A DNA stretch of 64,000 nucleotides from the human T2T-CHM13v2.0 reference genome, Homo sapiens. Shown here piece by piece: positions 55,001 to 64,000 of this stretch. Position 1 is the stretch's first letter. Each line of letters starts with the position of its first letter. The DNA is taken from assembly GCF_009914755.1 (NCBI RefSeq), contig NC_060927.1; one strand, given 5' to 3'. A program made the position numbers and the translations under genes. The notes under the pieces were generated by a model. That model ran no database searches. It worked only from the letters and a program-made list of their open reading frames with translations, and had not been told where the DNA came from.

Positions 55001-58000
55001 TGCAAATTCCACAAAAAGAGAGTTTCAAATCTGCTGTTTCTAAAGGAAAGTTCAACTCTGAGAGTTGAATACACACCAGAAAAAGCAGTTACTGAGAAGT
55101 CTTCTGTCTAGCATTATATGAAGAAATCCCATTTCCAACGAAGACTTCAAAGAGGTCCAAATATCCACTTGCAGATTCTGCAAAAAGAGTGTTTCGAAAC
55201 AACTGTATGAAAAGAAAGGTTAAACACTGTGAGTTGAACGCACACATTGCAAAGCAGTTTCTGAGAATGATTCCGTCTAATTATTATACGAAGGTATTTC
55301 CTTTTCTATCATTGGCCTCAAAGCGCTTGATACCTCCACCTGAAAATTCCACAAAAAGAGTGTTTCCAATCTACTCTGTCTAAAGGAACGTTCAACTCTG
55401 TGAGTTGAATACACACACACAGAAAGAATTCACTGAGAATTCTTCTGTCTGGCATTACATGAAGAAATCCCGTTTCCAACGAAGGCCTCAAAGAGGTCCA
55501 AATATCCACTTGCAGATTCTGCAAAAAGAGTGTTTCAAAACCGCTCCATTAAAAGGAATGTTGAACTCTGTGAGTTGAATGCAAACATCACAACTCAGTT
55601 TCTGAGAATGCTTCTGACTAGATTTTATGATAAGATATTTCCTTTTCTACCGTAGGCTTCAATGCCCTCTAAATACACCCTTGCAAATTCTACAAAGAGA
55701 CTGTTTCATAACTGCTCTATAGGAAGAAAGGTTCAACTCTGTGAGTTGAATGCAGAGATCACAACGTGGTTTCTGCGAATGATTCTTTGTAGTTTTTACA
55801 TGAAGATATTTCGTTGTCAACCGTAGGCTTCAAAGCACTCAAAGTATTCACTTGGAACTTTTACAAAAAGAGTGTTAGAAAACTGCTCTTTCCAAAGTAA
55901 GGTTCAACTCTGTGAGTTGAATGCACACATAACAATCAAGAAGTTTCTGAGAATTCTTCTGTCCTGGTTTATATGAACAAATCCCGTTTCCAACGAAGGC
56001 CTCAAAGACGTTTAAATATCCACTTGCAGACTTCACAAACAGAGTGTTTCCAAACTGCTCTATGAAAAGAAAGGTTAAACTCTGTGAGTTGAACGCACAC
56101 ATCACAAAGTAGTTTCTGAGAATGATACTGTCTAGTTTTTATACGAAGATATTTCCTTTCTACCATTGGCGTCAAAGCGCTAGAATTCTCCACTTGCAAA
56201 TTCCACAAAAAGAGTGTTTCCAATCTGCTCTGTCTAAAGGAAGGTTCAACTCTGTGAGTTGAATACACACACACAAAGAAGCTACTGAGAATTCTTTTGT
56301 CAAGAATTATAAGAAGAAATCCCGTTTCCAACGAAGGCCTCAAAGAGTTCCAAATATCCACTTGCACACTGCACAAACTAAGTCTTTCCAAACTGCTCTA
56401 TGCAAAGAAATGTTCAACTCTGTGAGTTTAATACACACATCACAAAGCAGTTTCTGAGAATGATACTGTCTAGTTTTTATACGAAGATATTTCCTTTTGT
56501 ACCATTGGCCTCATACTGCTAGAATTTTCCACTTGCAAATTCCACAAAAAGAGTGTTTCCAATCCGCTCTGTCTAAAGGAAGGTTCAACTCTCTGATTTG
56601 AATACATACATCCCAAAAGAAGTTACTGAGAATTCTTCTGTCTAGAATTATGTGAAGAAATCCCGTTTCCAACGAAAGCCTCAAAGAGGTCCAAATATCC
56701 AGTTGCAGAATTTACAAACTGACTGTTTCCAAACTCATCTATGAAAAGAAAGGTTAAACTCTGTGAGTTGAATGCACATATCACAAAGTAGTTCCTGAGA
56801 ATGATTCTGTCTAGTTTTTATACGAAGATATTTCCTTTTCCACCAATGGCCTCAAAGTGCTTGAAATCTCCCCTTGCAAATTCCACAGACAAGTGTTTCA
56901 AATCTGCACTGTCTAAAGGAAGGTTCAACCCTGTGAGTTGAATACACACACACAGAAAAAAATTCACTGAGAATTCTATTGTCTATCATTACATGAAGAA
57001 ATCCCGTTTACTACGAAGGCCTCAAAGAGGTCCAAATATCCAGCTGCAGACATTACAAACTGAGTGTTTCCAAAGTGCTCTATGAAAAGAAGTGTTAAAC
57101 ACTGTGAGTTCAATGCACACATCCCAAAGCAGTTTCTGAGAATGATTCCGTCTATTTTTTCTACGAAGATATTTCCTTTTCTACCGTTGGCCTCAAAGCG
57201 CTTGAAATCTCCACTTGCAAATTCCACAAAAAGAGAGTTTCAAATCTGCTCTGTCTAAAGGAAGGTTCAACTCTGTGAGTTGAATACACACCACAAAAAG
57301 AAGTTACTGAGAATTCTTCTGTCTAGCATTATATGAAAAATCCCGTTTCCAACGAAGGCCACAAAGAGGTCCAAATATCCACTTGCAGATTCTGCAAAAA
57401 GAGTGTTTCCAAACTGCTCTATGAAAAGAAACGTTAAACTCTGTGAGTTGAACGCAAACATCACAAAGTAGTTTCTGAGAATGACTCCGTCTAGTTTTTA
57501 TACGAAGATATTTCCTTTTCTACCATTCACTTCAAAGCGCTTGAAGTCTCCCCCTGAAAATTCCACAAAAAGTGTTTCCAATCTGCTCCGCCTAAAGGAA
57601 GCTTCAACTCTGTGAGTTGAATACCCACAACCCAAAGAAGTTACTGAGAATTCTTCTGTCTAGCATTATATGAAGAAATCCCGTTTCCAACGAAGGCCTC
57701 AAATACATCCAAATATCCAGTTGCTGACTTTACAAACTGAGTGTTTCCAAACTGCTCTATGAAAAGAAAGGTTAAACACTGTGAGTTGAACACACACGTA
57801 CCAAAGTAGTTTCTGAGAATGATTCTGTCTAGTTTGCATACGAAGATATTTCCTTTTCTACCATTGGCCTCAAAGCTTTGAAATCTCCACTTGCAAATTC
57901 CACAAAAAGAGAGTTTCAAATCTGCTGTTTCTAAAGGAAAGTTCAACTCTGAGAGTTGAATACACACCAGAAAAAGCAGTTACTGAGAAGTCTTCTGTCT

Positions 58001-61000
58001 AGCATTATATGAAGAAATCCCATTTCCAACGAAGACTTCAAAGAGGTCCAAATATCCACTTGCAGATTCTGCAAAAAGAGTGTTTCGAAACAACTGTATG
58101 AAAAGAAAGGTTAAACACTGTGAGTTGAACGCACACATTGCAAAGCAGTTTCTGAGAATGATTCCGTCTAATTATTATACGAAGGTATTTCCTTTTCTAT
58201 CATTGGCCTCAAAGCGCTTGATACCTCCACCTGAAAATTCCACAAAAAGAGTGTTTCCAATCTACTCTGTCTAAAGGAACGTTCAACTCTGTGAGTTGAA
58301 TACACACACACAGAAAGAATTCACTGAGAATTCTTCTGTCTGGCATTACATGAAGAAATCCCGTTTCCAACGAAGGCCTCAAAGAGGTCCAAATATCCAC
58401 TTGCAGATTCTGCAAAAAGAGTGTTTCAAAACCGCTCCATTAAAAGGAATGTTGAACTCTGTGAGTTGAATGCAAACATCACAACTCAGTTTCTGAGAAT
58501 GCTTTTGACTAGATTTTATGGTAAGATATTTCCTTTTCTACCGTAGGCTTCATTGCCCTCTAAATACACCCTTGCAAATTCTACAAAGAGACTGTTTCAT
58601 AACTGCTCTATAGGAAGAAAGGTTGAACTCTGTGAGTTGAATGCAGAGATCACAACGTGGTTTCTGCGAATGATTCTTTGTAGTTTTTACATGAAGATAT
58701 TTCGTTGTCAACCGAAGGCTTCAAAGCACTCAAAGTATTCACTTGGAACTTTTACAAAAAGAGTGTTAGAAAACTGCTCTTTCCAAAGTAAGGTTCAACT
58801 CTGTGAGTTGAATGCACACATAACAATCAAGAAGTTTCTGAGAATTCCTCTGTCCTGGTTTATATGAAAAAATCCCGTTTCCAACGAAGGCCTCAAAGAC
58901 GTTTAAATATCCACTTGCAGACTTCACAAACAGAGTGTTTCCAAACTGCTCTATGAAAAGAAAGGTTAAACTCTGTGAGTTGAACGCACACATCACAAAG
59001 TAGTTTCTGAGAATGATACTGTCTAGTTTTTATACGAAGATATTTCCTTTCTACCATTGGCGTCAAAGCGCTAGAATTCTCCACTTGCAAATTCCACAAA
59101 AAGAGTGTTTCCAATCTGCTCTGTCTAAAGGAAGGTTCAACTCTGTGAGTTGAATACACACACACAAAGAAGCTACTGAGAATTCTTTTGTCAAGAATTA
59201 TAAGAAGAAATCCCGTTTCCAACGAAGGCCTCAAAGAGTTCCAAATATCCACTTGCACACTGCACAAACTAAGTCTTTCCAAACTGCTCTATGCAAAGAA
59301 ATGTTCAACTCTGTGAGTTTAATACACACATCACAAAGCAGTTTCTGAGAATGATACTGTCTAGTTTTTATACGAAGATATTTCCTTTTGTACCATTGGC
59401 CTCATACTGCTAGAATTTTCCACTTGCAAATTCCACAAAAAGAGTGTTTCCAATCCGCTCTGTCTAAAGGAAGGTTCAACCCTCTGATTTGAATACATAC
59501 ATCCCAAAAGAAGTTACTGAGAATTCTTCTGTCTAGCATTATGTGAAGAAATCCCGTTTCCAACGAAAGCCTCAAAGAGGTCCAAATATCCAGTTGCAGA
59601 ATTTACAAACTGACTGTTTCCAAACTCATCTATGAAAAGAAAGGTTAAACTCTGTGAGTTGAATGCACATATCACAAAGTAGTTCCTGAGAATGATTCTG
59701 TCTAGTTTTCATACGAAGATATTTCCTTTTCCACCAATGGCCTCAAAGTGCTTGAAATCTCCCCTTGCAAATTCCACAGACAAGTGTTTCAAATCTGCAC
59801 TGTCTAAAGGAAGGTTCAACCCTGTGAGTTGAATACACACACACAGAAAAAAATTCACTGAGAATTCTATTGTCTATCATTACACGAAGAAATCCCGTTT
59901 ACTACGAAGGCCTCAAAGAGGTCCAAATATCCAGCTGCAGACATTACAAACTGAGTGTTTCCAAAGTGCTCTATGAAAAGAAGTGTTAAACACTGTGAGT
60001 TCAATGCACACATCCCAAAGCAGTTTCTGAGAATGATTCCGTCTATTTTTTCTACGAAGATATTTCCTTTTCTACCGTTGGCCTCAAAGCGCTTGAAATC
60101 TCCACTTGCAAATTCCACAAAAAGAGAGTTTCAAATCTGCTCTGTCTAAAGGAAGGTTCAACTCTGTGAGTTGAATACACACCACAAAAAGAAGTTACTG
60201 AGAATTCTTCTGTCTAGCATTATATGAAAAATCCCGTTTCCAACGAAGGCCACAAAGAGGTCCAAATATCCACTTGCAGATTCTGCAAAAAGAGTGTTTC
60301 CAAACTGCTCTATGAAAAGAAACGTTAAACTCTGTGAGTTGAACGCAAACATCACAAAGTAGTTTCTGAGAATGACTCCGTCTAGTTTTTATACGAAGAT
60401 ATTTCCTTTTCTACCATTCACTTCAAAGCGCTTGAAGTCTCCCCCTGAAAATTCCACAAAAAGTGTTTCCAATCTGCTCCGCCTAAAGGAAGCTTCAACT
60501 CTGTGAGTTGAATACCCACAACCCAAAGAAGTTACTGAGAATTCTTCTGTCTAGCATTATATGAAGAAATCCCGTTTCCAACGAAGGCCTCAAATACATC
60601 CAAATATCCAGTTGCTGACTTTACAAACTGAGTGTTTCCAAACTGCTCTATGAAAAGAAAGGTTAAACACTGTGAGTTGAACACACACGTACCAAAGTAG
60701 TTTCTGAGAATGATTCTGTCTAGTTTGCATACGAAGATATTTCCTTTTCTACCATTGGCCTCAAAGCTTTGAAATCTCCACTTGCAAATTCCACAAAAAG
60801 AGAGTTTCAAATCTGCTGTTTCTAAAGGAAAGTTCAACTCTGAGAGTTGAATACACACCAGAAAAAGCAGTTACTGAGAAGTCTTCTGTCTAGCATTATA
60901 TGAAGAAATCCCATTTCCAACGAAGACTTCAAAGAGGTCCAAATATCCACTTGCAGATTCTGCAAAAAGAGTGTTTCGAAACAACTGTATGAAAAGAAAG

Positions 61001-64000
61001 GTTAAACACTGTGAGTTGAACGCACACATTGCAAAGCAGTTTCTGAGAATGATTCCGTCTAATTATTATACGAAGGTATTTCCTTTTCTATCATTGGCCT
61101 CAAAGCGCTTGATACCTCCACCTGAAAATTCCACAAAAAGAGTGTTTCCAATCTACTCTGTCTAAAGGAACGTTCAACTCTGTGAGTTGAATACACACAC
61201 ACAGAAAGAATTCACTGAGAATTCTTCTGTCTGGCATTACATGAAGAAATCCCGTTTCCAACGAAGGCCTCAAAGAGGTCCAAATATCCACTTGCAGATT
61301 CTGCAAAAAGAGTGTTTCAAAACCGCTCCATTAAAAGGAATGTTGAACTCTGTGAGTTGAATGCAAACATCACAACTCAGTTTCTGAGAATGCTTTTGAC
61401 TAGATTTTATGGTAAGATATTTCCTTTTCTACCGTAGGCTTCATTGCCCTCTAAATACACCCTTGCAAATTCTACAAAGAGACTGTTTCATAACTGCTCT
61501 ATAGGAAGAAAGGTTGAACTCTGTGAGTTGAATGCAGAGATCACAACGTGGTTTCTGCGAATGATTCTTTGTAGTTTTTACATGAAGATATTTCGTTGTC
61601 AACCGAAGGCTTCAAAGCACTCAAAGTATTCACTTGGAACTTTTACAAAAAGAGTGTTAGAAAACTGCTCTTTCCAAAGTAAGGTTCAACTCTGTGAGTT
61701 GAATGCTCACATAACAATCAAGAAGTTTCTGAGAATTCCTCTGTCCTGGTTTATATGAAAAAATCCCGTTTCCAACGAAGGCCTCAAAGACGTTTAAATA
61801 TCCACTTGCAGACTTCACAAACAGAGTGTTTCCAAACTGCTCTATGAAAAGAAAGGTTAAACTCTGTGAGTTGAACGCACACATCACAAAGTAGTTTCTG
61901 AGAATGATACTGTCTAGTTTTTATACGAAGATATTTCCTTTCTACCATTGGCGTCAAAGCGCTAGAATTCTCCACTTGCAAATTCCACAAAAAGAGTGTT
62001 TCCAATCTGCTCTGTCTAAAGGAAGGTTCAACTCTGTGAGTTGAATACACACACACAAAGAAGCTACTGAGAATTCTTTTGTCAAGAATTATAAGAAGAA
62101 ATCCCGTTTCCAACGAAGGCCTCAAAGAGTTCCAAATATCCACTTGCACACTGCACAAACTAAGTCTTTCCAAACTGCTCTATGCAAAGAAATGTTCAAC
62201 TCTGTGAGTTTAATACACACATCACAAAGCAGTTTCTGAGAATGATACTGTCTAGTTTTTATACGAAGATATTTCCTTTTGTACCATTGGCCTCATACTG
62301 CTAGAATTTTCCACTTGCAAATTCCACAAAAAGAGTGTTTCCAATCCGCTCTGTCTAAAGGAAGGTTCAACCCTCTGATTTGAATACATACATCCCAAAA
62401 GAAGTTACTGAGAATTCTTCTGTCTAGCATTATGTGAAGAAATCCCGTTTCCAACGAAAGCCTCAAAGAGGTCCAAATATCCAGTTGCAGAATTTACAAA
62501 CTGACTGTTTCCAAACTCATCTATGAAAAGAAAGGTTAAACTCTGTGAGTTGAATGCACATATCACAAAGTAGTTCCTGAGAATGATTCTGTCTAGTTTT
62601 CATACGAAGATATTTCCTTTTCCACCAATGGCCTCAAAGTGCTTGAAATCTCCCCTTGCAAATTCCACAGACAAGTGTTTCAAATCTGCACTGTCTAAAG
62701 GAAGGTTCAACCCTGTGAGTTGAATACACACACACAGAAAAAAATTCACTGAGAATTCTATTGTCTATCATTACACGAAGAAATCCCGTTTACTACGAAG
62801 GCCTCAAAGAGGTCCAAATATCCAGCTGCAGACATTACAAACTGAGTGTTTCCAAAGTGCTCTATGAAAAGAAGTGTTAAACACTGTGAGTTCAATGCAC
62901 ACATCCCAAAGCAGTTTCTGAGAATGATTCCGTCTATTTTTTCTACGAAGATATTTCCTTTTCTACCGTTGGCCTCAAAGCGCTTGAAATCTCCACTTGC
63001 AAATTCCACAAAAAGAGAGTTTCAAATCTGCTCTGTCTAAAGGAAGGTTCAACTCTGTGAGTTGAATACACACCACAAAAAGAAGTTACTGAGAATTCTT
63101 CTGTCTAGCATTATATGAAAAATCCCGTTTCCAACGAAGGCCACAAAGAGGTCCAAATATCCACTTGCAGATTCTGCAAAAAGAGTGTTTCCAAACTGCT
63201 CTATGAAAAGAAACGTTAAACTCTGTGAGTTGAACGCAAACATCACAAAGTAGTTTCTGAGAATGACTCCGTCTAGTTTTTATACGAAGATATTTCCTTT
63301 TCTACCATTCACTTCAAAGCGCTTGAAGTCTCCCCCTGAAAATTCCACAAAAAGTGTTTCCAATCTGCTCCGCCTAAAGGAAGCTTCAACTCTGTGAGTT
63401 GAATACCCACAACCCAAAGAAGTTACTGAGAATTCTTCTGTCTAGCATTATATGAAGAAATCCCGTTTCCAACGAAGGCCTCAAATACATCCAAATATCC
63501 AGTTGCTGACTTTACAAACTGAGTGTTTCCAAACTGCTCTATGAAAAGAAAGGTTAAACACTGTGAGTTGAACACACACGTACCAAAGTAGTTTCTGAGA
63601 ATGATTCTGTCTAGTTTGCATACGAAGATATTTCCTTTTCTACCATTGGCCTCAAAGCTTTGAAATCTCCACTTGCAAATTCCACAAAAAGAGAGTTTCA
63701 AATCTGCTGTTTCTAAAGGAAAGTTCAACTCTGAGAGTTGAATACACACCAGAAAAAGCAGTTACTGAGAAGTCTTCTGTCTAGCATTATATGAAGAAAT
63801 CCCATTTCCAACGAAGACTTCAAAGAGGTCCAAATATCCACTTGCAGATTCTGCAAAAAGAGTGTTTCGAAACAACTGTATGAAAAGAAAGGTTAAACAC
63901 TGTGAGTTGAACGCACACATTGCAAAGCAGTTTCTGAGAATGATTCCGTCTAATTATTATACGAAGGTATTTCCTTTTCTATCATTGGCCTCAAAGCGCT

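Larger units (their letters stand above)
1..64000 (-). repeat. Centromeric alpha-satellite HOR array: 17-mer, 2891-bp unit, ~22.1 tandem copies; most likely human chr3 D3Z1 (S01/1C3H1L)
   Basis: Alphoid motifs (AACTCTGTGAGTTGAAT, TTCTGAGAAT, CCACTTGCA) recur every ~170 bp. The ORF track repeats at a 2891-bp period (272, 3163, 6054...), and copies differ by only scattered SNVs. CENP-B boxes and EcoRI sites (GAGAATTC) follow a ~340-bp dimer spacing typical of SF1. There is one HindIII site per unit (2682-2687). Alpha satellite is certain; the chr3 assignment rests on recalled D3Z1 properties (2.9-kb HindIII 17-mer). Confidence 0.96.

Noticed and set aside
58553-61758. New 104-aa + strand ORFs in H21/H22 (and similar one-off ORFs at 28380 and 31984)
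   Set aside because: They arise from single SNVs that remove a stop or create an alternative start in the satellite; there is no evidence of coding function.
272-63749. About 180 short ORFs (61-129 aa) on both strands, repeating every 2891 bp
   Set aside because: These are chance frames in alpha satellite. They overlap, have no recognisable domains, repeat internally at the monomer period and are freely broken or extended by SNVs and indels.
1-64000. CRISPR-like pattern of conserved short motifs separated by variable sequence
   Set aside because: The apparent spacers are homologous monomer bodies repeated exactly in each HOR. There are no unique spacers, leader or cas genes.
1-64000. Transposon insertion, inversion or monomer-deletion HOR variant
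   Set aside because: The period stays at 2891 (2889 once, 2886 twice) with constant orientation throughout, leaving no room for such events.
1-64000. A previously undescribed biological system
   Set aside because: Everything is explained by a known class of centromeric HOR array and its turnover. Whether this segment hosts the kinetochore cannot be read from sequence alone.

Overview
The whole 64 kb window is one uninterrupted primate (almost certainly human) centromeric alpha-satellite array. About 171-bp monomers are organised into a 17-monomer, 2891-bp higher-order repeat (HOR), with 22 complete copies plus a 410-bp partial copy. The array reads antisense to the usual consensus: CENP-B boxes appear as TCCCGTTTCCAACGAAG on the + strand. 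The ~340-bp A/B dimer periodicity, 17-mer length and single HindIII site per unit fit the active chromosome 3 array D3Z1 (S01/1C3H1L); this is recognition from memory, not an alignment. I found no genes, transposons, inversions or monomer-number variants. All listed ORFs are satellite artefacts. I do not see an undescribed biological system. The real information is in the copy-to-copy variants: local one- and two-HOR duplications, a dense out-of-register microconversion, mosaic units, sporadic CENP-B box losses and CpG-decay signatures. Unit starts used below (window phase): H1 1, H2 2892, H3 5783, H4 8674, H5 11565, H6 14454, H7 17345, H8 20236, H9 23127, H10 26018, H11 28909, H12 31800, H13 34691, H14 37582, H15 40473, H16 43364, H17 46255, H18 49141, H19 52027, H20 54918, H21 57809, H22 60700, H23 63591 (partial). 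Variants were read by eye, so lists may be incomplete.
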